A program made the translations under genes and the position numbers. The notes beneath the pieces are model-generated. The model had not been told where the DNA came from. It worked only from the letters and a program-made list of their open reading frames with translations, and made no database searches. 43,902 nt of DNA from a virus. Taxonomy: Duplodnaviria; Caudoviricetes. Within the stretch, counting starts at the first letter, position 1, and the number at the start of each line of letters is the position of its first letter. Positions 1-8,795 of this stretch are shown here, in pieces. The stretch is taken from the IMG/VR virus record IMGVR_UViG_3300025595_000007, positions 1 to 43,902 of that record, one strand, 5' to 3'.

Positions 1-1875
1 CGCAATTGTAGACCAGCCGGGAGTCTGCGTGTTGCTTATTGCGGCCCAGCTTGAGGACTGCGCGTTACTGATTGCCGTCCATGCCGCCGTTTGCGCATCG
101 TTGATATTTTGCCAGTTTGCGTTCTGGCTGTCATCTATTATTACCCAACTTACCGGAATTATGGTTCCAACCTGTCCTGCTGCGCTGACCCCCGTTAAGG
201 CTAAAGATATCCCAACACCTACAGAACCTACCGACCCTTGTGCCCCAACACCGATTAATGTAACAGGTATTATTGGTAACAAAGTTCCCACATTACCCAA
301 TGCCTGAACACCTGTAAGTGCTTTAGAAACTGCTTGAGAGGTAGCAACGGAACCAACACTTCCCGATGCTTGTACGCCAGTGAGCGCCCTAACTAAGTCT
401 TGTGATGCGGTGACGGTTCCAACTGCACCCGCAGCTTGAACTCCCGTAAGTGCTTTGGAAACTGCTTGTGCTGCGGTAACAGACCCAACATTACCTGTTG
501 CCAAAAATCCAGTAATTGATACAGAAACTGCCTGTGAGGTAGTGACTGTGCCAACGTTTCCAGCGGCCTGAACTCCAGAAATAGCCCTAGATAAAGCTTG
601 AGATGCGGCTACGGAACCTACGCTTCCCGCAGCTTGGACACCGCTAATTGCAACTGAAACTGCTTGTGCTGTTGTAACTGTACCGACGTTACCAGCCGCC
701 TGTACTCCTGTCAGGGAAAGCGAAATATTGACACTCTCCGTACCAACTAATCCCGCCGCTTGTACCCCCGTAAGCGCAACAGAAACAGCTTGATCTGCGG
801 TAACTGTTCCTACACCGCCTGCCGCTTGAACTCCCGTAAGCGCTACAGAAAATGACTGAGATGCAATAACTGAACCAACGCTACCACCCCATACGCTCAA
901 TCCCCAAGGATTAGCACCCCAAGTAGCCTGAGTTCCTAGCGCTTCTACGCCGGTTAAGGCAATTGAAATTACTGGGGAGGCTGTAATAGTGCCCGTACTA
1001 CCCGAAGATTGAACACCTGTTAAAGCTATAGATATATTGACACTCTCCGTGCCAACTAATCCCTCTGCCTGTACTCCAGTAATTGCCTTTGAGACTGCTT
1101 GAGATGCGATGACTGTTTCAACAGCACCAGATGCCTGAACTCCAGTAAGAGCTTTAGAAACAGCTTGAGAGGCAGTGACGGAACCTACTAAGCCTGCTGC
1201 TTGAACGCCAGTGAGAGCTTTAGAAACAGCTTGTGATACTGTGACGGTTCCAACAGCACCAGACGCTTGCACTCCTGTAAGTGTTTTAGAAACTGCCTGT
1301 GATGCGGTTACAGTTCCGACAGCACCAGATGCTTGAACGCCAGTAAGTGCTATGGAAACCGCTTGGGATGCAACAACCGATCCGACAGCACCAGACGCTT
1401 GAACGCCTGTAAGCGCCCGAGAAACGGCTTGGGATGCAACAACCGATCCAACAGCGCCAGACGCTTGAACACCTGTAAGCGCAACAGAAACTGCCTGTGA
1501 TGTAGTGACTGTTCCAACAACACCAGATGCTTGAACTCCAGTGAGCGCCTTAGAAACAGCTTGAGAGGCAGTGACTGTTCCTACGCTACCAGACGCTTGG
1601 ACTCCAGTTAGTGCAATAGAAACGGCTTGGGATGTAGTGACTGAACCTACATTACCAGATGCCTGAACTCCTGTGAGCGCAAATGATCGAGATGCGGTAA
1701 CTGAACCGGCGTTACCCGCAGCTTGCACCCCAGTGAGTGCAATCGTAGTTCCAGCAGACCCACCCCAAGGGTCAGACCCCCAAGTACCGTACCCCCATGT
1801 ACCCGGAGTTGGGACTATAGTGGTATCGCCAGTAGCGCCAAATGGCGCTCCGGCAAAGGGGGTTATACCAAACAT
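1..1875 (-). CDS. Repeat-rich virion protein (fibre/filament-like), 3' end beyond window; absent from ORF track
   Basis: ATG at 1875 reads MFGITPFAGAPFGATGDTT..., then 22-aa repeats ALTGVQASGxVGxVTxSQAVSx, then a W-repeat tail (SWVIIDDSQNANWQNINDAQTAAW...). No stop in the stretches I translated; the frame runs to position 1. Confidence 0.88.
   Translation of the reverse strand, partial: MFGITPFAGAPFGATGDTTIVPTPGTWGYGTWGSDPWGGSAGTTIALTGVQAAGNAGSVTASRSFALTGVQASGNVGSVTTSQAVSIALTGVQASGSVGTVTASQAVSKALTGVQASGVVGTVTTSQAVSVALTGVQASGAVGSVVASQAVSRALTGVQASGAVGSVVASQAVSIALTGVQASGAVGTVTASQAVSKTLTGVQASGAVGTVTVSQAVSKALTGVQAAGLVGSVTASQAVSKALTGVQASGAVETVIASQAVSKAITGVQAEGLVGTESVNISIALTGVQSSGSTGTITASPVISIALTGVEALGTQATWGANPWGLSVWGGSVGSVIASQSFSVALTGVQAAGGVGTVTADQAVSVALTGVQAAGLVGTESVNISLSLTGVQAAGNVGTVTTAQAVSVAISGVQAAGSVGSVAASQALSRAISGVQAAGNVGTVTTSQAVSVSITGFLATGNVGSVTAAQAVSKALTGVQAAGAVGTVTASQDLVRALTGVQASGSVGSVATSQAVSKALTGVQALGNVGTLLPIIPVTLIGVGAQGSVGSVGVGISLALTGVSAAGQVGTIIPVSWVIIDDSQNANWQNINDAQTAAWTAISNAQSSSWAAISNTQTPGWSTIA
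180..1750. repeat. Degenerate 66-bp coding tandem repeat, roughly 20 or more units
   Basis: GCTTGAACGCC starts at 1331 and at 1397 (66-bp period); third codon positions vary. Confidence 0.9.
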
Positions 1876-1906
1876 GGCCTACACGGCGTATAGCCGCGCC
1901 CCACTA

Positions 1907-2398
1907 TTAAGTTGTAGCCAAACGCAACAAAGCAGTCGTAGTGGTATTAGAAGGCATCGTCAGGGTCAGAGTACCAGCAGTGATGGTCTGCGCGGTAAAG
2001 GTATGAACACTGATAGCCTTATTGCTCTGTGTAGAGTTATAAATCAAGACACAATCAAACGAAGTGCTTAGCGTTACGGTTGTGTACACAATACTTGCGG
2101 AGGGCGTCCAATACCCTACACCCGCCGTAGAAGACGCATTGGTAGAAGTTGGAGCCGTTGCATTAGTTACCGTCACGCCACCAGCAGTGTAATTAGTACC
2201 AGATACTTCACCAGTTGTGTTGTAAACAGTAGTACTAGCATCTTTTGTGGCAGAGGCCAAGTACAGCGCGGCTTTTACCGTGTCCGTAGTAGGCGCGGTC
2301 AAGCTGGTACGCGAGACAATAGTAGAAGCGCCAAGCTGATGTTGGCCCAGCATTAGTTCACCAAGGAACGATGTACACATTGATTGGGTATTTGCCAT
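1907..2398 (-). CDS. Thr-rich virion structural protein, paralog of 2596..3012
   Basis: RBS TAAGGA; shares TSF..EL, DT.K.ALY and TTVY.TT.EVSGT.YTAGG with 2596..3012. Confidence 0.75.
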   Translation of the reverse strand: MANTQSMCTSFLGELMLGQHQLGASTIVSRTSLTAPTTDTVKAALYLASATKDASTTVYNTTGEVSGTNYTAGGVTVTNATAPTSTNASSTAGVGYWTPSASIVYTTVTLSTSFDCVLIYNSTQSNKAISVHTFTAQTITAGTLTLTMPSNTTTTALLRLATT

Positions 2399-2407
2399 GA
2401 TATTTCC

Positions 2408-2599
2408 TTAAAAAGATGCAGCTTCTCCACCCGCAAAGGTGGGTATTTTCTTCAATGTGACATGCGCTGACCGGTGAACCAACTCGCCGTCAAGCCAGTA
2501 CTCAGTCCAAACCGTTGATTCATTATCGTTGTTAACTTCGCCTGAACGGTGTTCCAACAAGGAATCGTCCATATCGCCTTTGGTGGTAGTGACTATCAA
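2408..2599 (-). CDS. Hypothetical protein
   Basis: Fills the gap in the operon; 4-nt overlap with upstream stop; AGGAG upstream. Confidence 0.7.
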   Translation of the reverse strand: MIVTTTKGDMDDSLLEHRSGEVNNDNESTVWTEYWLDGELVHRSAHVTLKKIPTFAGGEAASF

Positions 2600-3012
2600 T
2601 TTGAACTCCTAATAAGTGCAGTGGTTGAGGTATTAGCTGGCATGGTGATTGTAAACGTGGTGGCTGATGTTTTGTCAGACCCAAAGTCCAAAACCGCTAC
2701 AGACTTGTTGCCCTTGGAAGCGTTGTAAATCAAAGCGCACCGGGCCGTCAAAGCTGCTGTCCAAACCACGTTATCCCAGTTTGCGTAGGCCGTATAGCCC
2801 GATGAACTAATAGCCACTCCAGTCATGACTTGACCGCCAGCGGTGTAACCTGTGCCAGAAACTTCATTGGTCGTGGTATATACCGTGGTATCTGCATTCA
2901 AGTCAGCCAATGCGGTGTACAGAGCAACCTTAATCGTGTCTGTGGACAAGTCGTGGATAGCCTGATACAACTCCTTCTTGAAGCTGGTAGTCTGGGTTTG
3001 GACTATGCTCAT
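2596..3012 (-). CDS. Virion structural protein, paralog of 1907..2398
   Basis: ATGA overlap with upstream gene; paralogous motifs as above. Confidence 0.75.
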   Translation of the reverse strand: MSIVQTQTTSFKKELYQAIHDLSTDTIKVALYTALADLNADTTVYTTTNEVSGTGYTAGGQVMTGVAISSSGYTAYANWDNVVWTAALTARCALIYNASKGNKSVAVLDFGSDKTSATTFTITMPANTSTTALIRSSN

Positions 3013-3707
3013 GTAACCGCCTGTCTATATTGACCACTGCGGTATGCGTCTTGGCGTTCCATACCGTCACCCAAGCGTTTAGCTAATCCAAGGGCTTCTT
3101 TGTACTTGCCGTCATACAACGCAATTAAATCTTGCTCGCCCTTCATAAAGGTGTAGGCTTCTACCAAAGCGCCATAAAGCAAAACGCTGTCAAAGTTGTC
3201 GCCCAGCCAAGTAGTTGCAGCCGTGGTAATTGACTCAGGATAATAGTAGTAATGCAGTTCTGCGGAATATATCGTGTCTGGCGTTGGGCCAAGGATAAAG
3301 CTCAACTCGTTGGAAATTGTGGAGCCTGCTACTGTTGGGCCAAACAAAGCGTAGTACTTTGGAGTCCCTGTACTTGTCGGGCTAGGGTATGCCTCACGCA
3401 TAAAGTTCACATCTTTATTGAGCAGAAACGTGTACTCCCCGCCACCATACGGAAATACTGCCAATGAGTAAGGAGCTAAAAAGTCATCTGGGCAAGACAA
3501 GTACTTGTTGCTGGCAGTCACCGTTCCGGTCACGTTTTTGCGCAACGAGGGAAACTGAACTGAGTTGTATATACGTTGCTCGGCCTGCTGGATAAACCGG
3601 TTAATCTGAGTCGTAGACGATACAGTAGACGAATCCGCAAGGGTAATCGCCGGAAAGTTATTTTCCGTATAAGTCTGTATCGCCGCCGAAAGCTCAGAAT
3701 AGTTCAT
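3009..3707 (-). CDS. Putative head-tail adaptor / tail tubular protein
   Basis: Pattern FIQQAEQRI...GTPKYYA...LGPTPD..Y...L.YY...LLYGALVEAY seen in podovirus adaptor-type proteins; operon position. Confidence 0.6.
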   Translation of the reverse strand: MNYSELSAAIQTYTENNFPAITLADSSTVSSTTQINRFIQQAEQRIYNSVQFPSLRKNVTGTVTASNKYLSCPDDFLAPYSLAVFPYGGGEYTFLLNKDVNFMREAYPSPTSTGTPKYYALFGPTVAGSTISNELSFILGPTPDTIYSAELHYYYYPESITTAATTWLGDNFDSVLLYGALVEAYTFMKGEQDLIALYDGKYKEALGLAKRLGDGMERQDAYRSGQYRQAVT

Positions 3708-3964
3708 GCCATTGGGCCTCTTGCCATCACGCCTTTAGTAGCACACCCAGTACCACGGATTTTGATGCCGTCGGTTTTGGTTGGCTTGTCGGGGCCATTG
3801 TTGTACATACCAACACTCATGCGCATGTTAGCTGTACTGGATAACTCCGAATCTTTTCCGGGGTTTGAAGAAATCTTCATGGCCTTGCCATCCATTGTAT
3901 GCGGTTGAGCATAAACAGCAGCAGAGCCAACTTCTTTGCCATCTCGTTTCATACTGTAGGCCAT
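3704..3964 (-). CDS. Small basic protein
   Basis: Coupled to neighbours; C-terminal RGTGCATKG motif. Confidence 0.7.
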   Translation of the reverse strand: MAYSMKRDGKEVGSAAVYAQPHTMDGKAMKISSNPGKDSELSSTANMRMSVGMYNNGPDKPTKTDGIKIRGTGCATKGVMARGPMA

Positions 3965-3967
3965 GAT

Positions 3968-4165
3968 TTACCCCGTTTTCTGGTTATCTGCACGAGACAT
4001 ATTACGGCCCACGCGCATGCGGTCTTCACTGGTAGGGCCACCTTTTTTGAGCTTCAGGGTTGTGCCCTTACCGCCCTTGTGTTCTTGCGCATCGTGCTGC
4101 TTGAACGCTTTTTTAATCATGGCCTTATCTTGCGCCATATCACTTTTCATGTCTTCTTTAGCCAT
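3968..4165 (-). CDS. Small basic K/M-rich protein
   Basis: RBS TAGGAG; contains LKKGG. Confidence 0.7.
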   Translation of the reverse strand: MAKEDMKSDMAQDKAMIKKAFKQHDAQEHKGGKGTTLKLKKGGPTSEDRMRVGRNMSRADNQKTG

Positions 4166-4174
4166 TATGGACTC

Positions 4175-4558
4175 CTATGAAACCGTTACTGCACCAACAC
4201 TTGTAGTTCCAACCAAATAATTAGGGGTTAGAACCGCATCAAACTGACTAGACCCACCAACCGGAGCCCAGCCCCACTGGATGTCCCTTGAACCACCGGT
4301 TAAGCTACCCGCACTATTAACGCCTGCCGTTATGTATGTACTGTCATGGCGAGGATTACGCACAGCTTGTGGATCGTCAACCGGATACATGCCCAACTGC
4401 AACTGCGGCTGGTCGGGATCCCAACAAGACCGGCATACAAGCAAATTGTACGTCTTTGTCTTGATAATTTCCTTACGTAATTCAGTTAATTTGAACTGCG
4501 CACCACACCTGTCGCACATGGCAATACTATTCTTGCCGGATGCAAACCTATTACCCAT
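4175..4558 (-). CDS. Zn-ribbon (CxxC...CxxC) protein; probable start ATG 4558 (MGNRFASG)
   Basis: CDRC and CRSC; ATG lies just after the upstream stop, with GGAGG upstream. Confidence 0.7.
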   Translation of the reverse strand: MGNRFASGKNSIAMCDRCGAQFKLTELRKEIIKTKTYNLLVCRSCWDPDQPQLQLGMYPVDDPQAVRNPRHDSTYITAGVNSAGSLTGGSRDIQWGWAPVGGSSQFDAVLTPNYLVGTTSVGAVTVS

Positions 4559-4559
4559 T

Positions 4560-5489
4560 TCAAGCTCCGCCTCCGATATAGGCTTGACGCGGAACAAACC
4601 GCACAGACGCCTTCTCGCGGTCTTCGTCGGATGCTAACTGCCATGCCTCATCGTACTGCTGTTTTAGGATGTCCAGCCGCTGAGCGCCATTGGGGACTTT
4701 AAGCGCCAAGTAGTAAGCTAGCCCAGCTACCATGCACGGCAAAAACCGGAAAGGGACATCCATCGTGTTTACACCACCGCCTGCATCATTAACACGGCGC
4801 AAGCGCCAGTAAACAAACTGGTACGTCTGGGAGTTATCAGGAGTGGGCCAAACAGTGATAGCGGGGAGGTTCTGTACGTATACCCCATCCCCCGCAGTGT
4901 GGGCCGCAGCAGTCGTGTTGTTCTGGCCCCGGACGCAGTTAGTTAGGGTATTTCCTGATATGTAGCCATACCCAATGGTCTCTGAACCAATTAAGATAAA
5001 GCCGGTAGAAGGCAAACTTGCGGCAGAAGTTACCGCAATTGTCGTGGCGGTGGAGGTAATTGTTGCACTAATTGTGGTTCCCACCGACGAGGTCTGTCCA
5101 TCCAAACGCTGAATCCAAACTTGAATAGGTCTAGCTTGTTGCAGCTTGTTGGGGATGGTGGCATAGGTAGAAACACTAATCCGCGTAATGGTCAGGTCAG
5201 CTTGGGTGGACGCACTGCCTGCGCCTGTACGTATTACATGCTCAAGCAAATCTACTGTGTCTGTTGGTAGTGGATAAGTGTTCTGGCCCGGAACCAGATT
5301 AATAGTTCCTTGGTCAAACGTCCACATGTTTACACCACGGTTGGCCCAATCGGCAAATAGCAAGTTCAATGACCGGCGGGCAGTGCGCAGGTCGTACCCC
5401 GAACGCATTTCGGAACCGGCACGTTCAAACGCTTCCTCCACGATTTCCGTGAGGTCAAGGTTGAAATTAGCGACTCCAGAAACGGACAT
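4560..5489 (-). CDS. Putative adaptor/tail tubular protein with an inserted Thr-rich beta domain
   Basis: Helical N-terminus (IVEEAFERAG...ARRSLNLLFADWANRG), VWPTPD, helical C-terminus; central insert TTISATITST...CVRGQNNTTAAAH. Confidence 0.6.
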   Translation of the reverse strand: MSVSGVANFNLDLTEIVEEAFERAGSEMRSGYDLRTARRSLNLLFADWANRGVNMWTFDQGTINLVPGQNTYPLPTDTVDLLEHVIRTGAGSASTQADLTITRISVSTYATIPNKLQQARPIQVWIQRLDGQTSSVGTTISATITSTATTIAVTSAASLPSTGFILIGSETIGYGYISGNTLTNCVRGQNNTTAAAHTAGDGVYVQNLPAITVWPTPDNSQTYQFVYWRLRRVNDAGGGVNTMDVPFRFLPCMVAGLAYYLALKVPNGAQRLDILKQQYDEAWQLASDEDREKASVRFVPRQAYIGGGA

Positions 5490-5662
5490 TATTTCATCCC
5501 TTTAAGGGTCTGTGCTAAGCGGGCGCGTTGCCCCATCTTACCCGGTGCTTTGGCTGCTGCGGCTAGTTTTTTTGCCGGTATAGGCTTGTCGCATTTAACT
5601 CCAAGCTGTGCCTTTAAAGCACCGGGCTTTTTAATTGCCTTTTGAATCCATTTTTCAGCCAT
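5489..5662 (-). CDS. Small basic protein, 57 aa (below ORF-track cutoff)
   Basis: MAEKWIQKAIKKPGALKAQLGVK...RARLAQTLKGMK; TAATG overlaps at both ends. Confidence 0.8.
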   Translation of the reverse strand: MAEKWIQKAIKKPGALKAQLGVKCDKPIPAKKLAAAAKAPGKMGQRARLAQTLKGMK

Positions 5663-5895
5663 TATCTGAACCTCGCTGTTTTTGCTGCCACTTTGGGTGG
5701 TTGCTTTACAAACTGTTTTCCTGCCGCTTTACCCACACGTTTTGCTTTGGTAGTAGCTGCGTATTCGGCAGGGCTAAGGGATTTTATAGCGGCTTCAGGT
5801 AAGTACCGCTCACCTGTTTTTGACGATGGCTTTCCCGACTTGGTGCGCCATTTCTGGTCACCCCAGTTTTTAAGGGATTGCTGCGGAGCTTTCAA
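5662..5895 (-). CDS. Small basic protein, probable TTG start at 5895; resembles C-terminal half of DUF5872-like proteins
   Basis: QQSLKNWGDQKWRTKSG...ERYLP...KQFV; TTGA overlap with upstream stop. Family assignment from recall. Confidence 0.6.
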   Translation of the reverse strand: MKAPQQSLKNWGDQKWRTKSGKPSSKTGERYLPEAAIKSLSPAEYAATTKAKRVGKAAGKQFVKQPPKVAAKTARFR

Positions 5896-6167
5896 TCTCT
5901 GTACCCGCCGCCTGCGGCCTTGTACTTCTTGGCTACCAACTGGCTTTTTCTGGCTGACCATTGCCCTGCGCCAGTGCCTTGGGTCGCCGCAGCTTTTACT
6001 TGGGACACAATCCGCTTACGCAAACTGGGCTTGGTGTAGTTTCCTGCGGCATTAACCTTACCACCATCTTTGTACTGAGTGAAGTCAGTATCATCCCGGC
6101 GGGGCAACTTCTTGCCTTTTGGCATTTTGGAGGGGGAAATACCCCCCATTCCGCGTGAAGCCATCAT
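5892..6167 (-). CDS. Small basic protein; resembles N-terminal half of DUF5872-like proteins
   Basis: YTKPSLRKRI...GQWSARKSQLVAKKYKAAGGGY. Confidence 0.65.
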   Translation of the reverse strand: MMASRGMGGISPSKMPKGKKLPRRDDTDFTQYKDGGKVNAAGNYTKPSLRKRIVSQVKAAATQGTGAGQWSARKSQLVAKKYKAAGGGYRD

Positions 6168-6171
6168 GGGT

Positions 6172-6531
6172 TTAGCAGGACATGCCGCCCTTTTTCATGG
6201 TCACAAACGTGCCCTTGGTCTTGCCTTTAGAAGCAATACCGTCAGCGCGGGAAGAAGCAGAACCGCCAGCAGCCATCTTTTTCATGCCGCCTTTTTTCAT
6301 ACCCATTTCTTTCTTGTCCATTGCTTTGTCTTTGGTAGACGCTTCAAACTTAGCAAATGGGTTCATTTTCTTTGTAGCCATAGTATCACCACCTTTAGAG
6401 AATTTGCGGCCCTTGTCCGCAGTTGAAAAATCTTGCCCCACGGACTGTGGAACTCCTACCTTCTTGGCAAACGACGGCGAGTGGGCTATCGCTTCCATGA
6501 AATTGTGTTGCTTTTTGCTACTGCTTGGCAT
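6172..6531 (-). CDS. Small basic K/M/G-rich protein
   Basis: FSKGG, MKKGG twice, MAAGG, RADGIASKGKTKG. Confidence 0.7.
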   Translation of the reverse strand: MPSSSKKQHNFMEAIAHSPSFAKKVGVPQSVGQDFSTADKGRKFSKGGDTMATKKMNPFAKFEASTKDKAMDKKEMGMKKGGMKKMAAGGSASSRADGIASKGKTKGTFVTMKKGGMSC

Positions 6532-6700
6532 TCTTTTTTACCCACTTTTGCACAGTATCAGTTTCCCAAATCCGAATGCCAGTCCAGACAATCGTAAACA
6601 GTGCTGCAATTGCCGGCAACATATCAGCCAAAGTCCCTATTACGGTTGCAATTGACAACGCGTCAACTGCGTATTTCACTGTTTCGTGTTGGTCAGTCAT
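6518..6700 (-). CDS. Small membrane protein (possible holin-like)
   Basis: Hydrophobic core followed by a basic C-terminus. Confidence 0.55.
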   Translation of the reverse strand: MTDQHETVKYAVDALSIATVIGTLADMLPAIAALFTIVWTGIRIWETDTVQKWVKKNAKQ

Positions 6701-6701
6701 A

Positions 6702-6956
6702 TCAGCACTTCCATCTAGCTAGTGATGCCGCCTTGCGGGTAGGCTTGCCTTTTTCGTCTTTCATCGGCCCGGGCATGCCGGACATACGGGCGCAAAATGA
6801 CTTCTTACGCGGGCCACCTTCGGGCTGCGGAGCTTTTAAGTTACTGCCTGTTGCAGCATTGTACTTAGCTCTACCTTTTGCGGTCAGCCCAGCCCCTTTA
6901 GAGACAGGTAGCTTTTCACCGCGACCTACTGCAAGGGATGGGGTTTTCTTAGCCAT
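6702..6956 (-). CDS. Small basic conserved phage protein
   Basis: GLTAKGRAKYN..TGSNLKAP...RKKSFCARM...ARWKC; coupled in operon. Confidence 0.7.
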   Translation of the reverse strand: MAKKTPSLAVGRGEKLPVSKGAGLTAKGRAKYNAATGSNLKAPQPEGGPRKKSFCARMSGMPGPMKDEKGKPTRKAASLARWKC

Positions 6957-7692
6957 TTACAGCCTTCAGTTTGGACTGACGGATATTTTGCATTAGTGGA
7001 ACTACAGCTTCCTCGTAAAAGTTGCTGGTAAATTCTTCCATGCCAATGTGCGGCAAGCTAATCTCTACGTCAATATATACCTCGTAGCCCATTGCTGTTG
7101 CGCGGTCACAGAACAGGTAGTCTTCACCAACGTACTGCCCATCCACAATGTCAAAGTCAAACACGGCAGACATCATTTCGCCTTTGGCTTTGTTTTCGTA
7201 CAACCACTCAGGGTTGGCTGCAAGCATCTCTTCGATTACACGGCGCTGTATCAACATAAACCCTGTGCCGACACGCTTTACACGCATCAGAGAGCCATCA
7301 AATACCAAGTCGCCATTGCCATCAAGGAATAGGTCTGTAAAGAACTTCTTGTCTTTTGCGCGGCGGGGGTAAGCCCCAGCAGAAATATCTTTCTGTCCGC
7401 CTTGTGCAAGAAGCCGTAATACATCGTTGGGCTTAACTACAACGTCAGCATCAATAAAAAGCAAATGGGTTGAGTCGGTCTTCAAGAACTCATGCACCAA
7501 GGCATTGCGGGCCATAGTGATAATTGAGCAGTTGGAGATGTCCGACAAAAATATGTCCACGCCAAACTTAGCCGCCTCTGGCACTAGCGCAGCCAGTGCA
7601 AAAGCAGTCTTAATATTTAGCTTGCCGTCATACGCTGGGATGCCGATAAACAGCTTATTCCCAGACAGACTTGCTTGTTTGACTTCAGCCAT
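6949..7692 (-). CDS. GT-A fold glycosyltransferase
   Basis: IGIPAY, ARNALV..FL, FIDAD (DxD), GTGFMLI, GEDYLFC, late H motif. Confidence 0.8.
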   Translation of the reverse strand: MAEVKQASLSGNKLFIGIPAYDGKLNIKTAFALAALVPEAAKFGVDIFLSDISNCSIITMARNALVHEFLKTDSTHLLFIDADVVVKPNDVLRLLAQGGQKDISAGAYPRRAKDKKFFTDLFLDGNGDLVFDGSLMRVKRVGTGFMLIQRRVIEEMLAANPEWLYENKAKGEMMSAVFDFDIVDGQYVGEDYLFCDRATAMGYEVYIDVEISLPHIGMEEFTSNFYEEAVVPLMQNIRQSKLKAVNG

Positions 7693-8197
7693 AAAAAATA
7701 TTGCAATATGCTACATTGGACAAGTATGCATAAATTCCGTTAACAGCTATTACTCCATCGTCAGGAATAAATGGGGCATTGTTATACGTATCTGATGCTG
7801 CTACGTCATACGACATTAACCACCTGCTTGCATACACCATGCTAGGGCTTGCCGTAATAGTGCCAGAGTTGATATCTGTAACGGTGAACGTGCTTGAGTT
7901 TGTAACTGTGACTACGTAGTTTCCATTGGTAGCCGTGCCGCCCGTGCCTGCTGCAAAGTCAATCCCGATTACATCGCCAGTTGCCAAGCCGTGCGCAGAT
8001 TGCGTAACTGTTACGGTTGTGCCAGAACGCCCATAGGTTGCCGTAGTTACTGGGGCTGTAGTTGTATCAAATAGCGCAACAAATCCAGCGGTTGCTGTTC
8101 CGGTAAACGAAATGGCTTTTACTCGGTTACGCCCAAGAACAAAGAACCCACTACCATTTAGGTGTGCCTGTTTTACAGGTGTCTGATTCATAATCAA
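7685..8197 (-). CDS. Virion protein with small beta-barrel insert (E1-FCCH-like pattern)
   Basis: TVTVTQSAHGLATGDVI...NGNYVVTVTNSSTFTV; RBS TAGGAG. Confidence 0.6.
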   Translation of the reverse strand: MIMNQTPVKQAHLNGSGFFVLGRNRVKAISFTGTATAGFVALFDTTTAPVTTATYGRSGTTVTVTQSAHGLATGDVIGIDFAAGTGGTATNGNYVVTVTNSSTFTVTDINSGTITASPSMVYASRWLMSYDVAASDTYNNAPFIPDDGVIAVNGIYAYLSNVAYCNIFYG

Positions 8198-8206
8198 TCT
8201 CCTATG

Positions 8207-8227
8207 AAACAGGGGCCGAAGCCCCTG
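8207..8227 (-). terminator. UUCG hairpin with short U tail (weak terminator or stabilising hairpin)
   Basis: Minus strand CAGGGGC-TTCG-GCCCCTG-TTT just after the 8235 stop. Confidence 0.6.
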
Positions 8228-8234
8228 AGATTAA

Positions 8235-8705
8235 TTACTGTTGACCAGCAGGTTGGGCCATGTTGCCGCTAGAGTCGCGCACTACGTAGGCAACAATAAC
8301 AGTCACTGCACCGGTAACAGAAGAGCCGGTAGTAGTAAAGGTCAGAGCTGCATCTGTAGCACCAACATTGGCTTGCGTAGGAGTGAAGCCCGCAGCAAAA
8401 GAAACTGTAATAGTTCCCGCCGAGGTGATGGTAGATGCGCTAGCAGTATCAACACCCGCAATGCTTACTTTCAACGTAGTAGCTGAAGCAAACAAGGTAG
8501 TCGTCAGAATCTGCACCGAGGTAATAGCTGCGCCTGCGGGGATGTATCCAGCGGCAATGCTGCCAGTAGCCACTTGTGCGGCTGTTAGGTCAAAGGTTTG
8601 AGCAACAATGGTTGCTCCAGTGTTACGGACTGTTCCAGCAGCAGTGCCGGTGGTGTTTTTAACAGTGCCGAGCAGCCAAGGGCCAAGGTGAGTTGCGAAT
8701 CCCAT
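8235..8705 (-). CDS. Putative capsid decoration / minor virion protein
   Basis: Ala/Thr-rich all-beta pattern (IPAGAAITSVQI); RBS TAAGGA; near capsid gene. Confidence 0.55.
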   Translation of the reverse strand: MGFATHLGPWLLGTVKNTTGTAAGTVRNTGATIVAQTFDLTAAQVATGSIAAGYIPAGAAITSVQILTTTLFASATTLKVSIAGVDTASASTITSAGTITVSFAAGFTPTQANVGATDAALTFTTTGSSVTGAVTVIVAYVVRDSSGNMAQPAGQQ

Positions 8706-8714
8706 GATAAATAT

Positions 8715-8789
8715 TCCTTACATACAAGTGAAGTACATTGATCGGTATGTCGTCTGCCGGGACAGTTCAATGTACCGGAAAGCCCGGTT
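8715..8789 (-). ncRNA. Structured 5' leader with double-pseudoknot potential
   Basis: 9-bp stem 8767-8775/8733-8741; loop segments pair with 8783-8787 and with 8720-8725 next to the RBS. Confidence 0.6.
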
Positions 8790-8795
8790 AGCAGC

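Noticed and set aside
180-1750. 66-bp periodicity as a CRISPR or non-coding repeat
   Set aside because: Variation is concentrated at third codon positions of a minus-strand ORF.
29-2071. Plus-strand ORFs 29..307 and 1673..2071
   Set aside because: Antisense shadows of the minus-strand genes.
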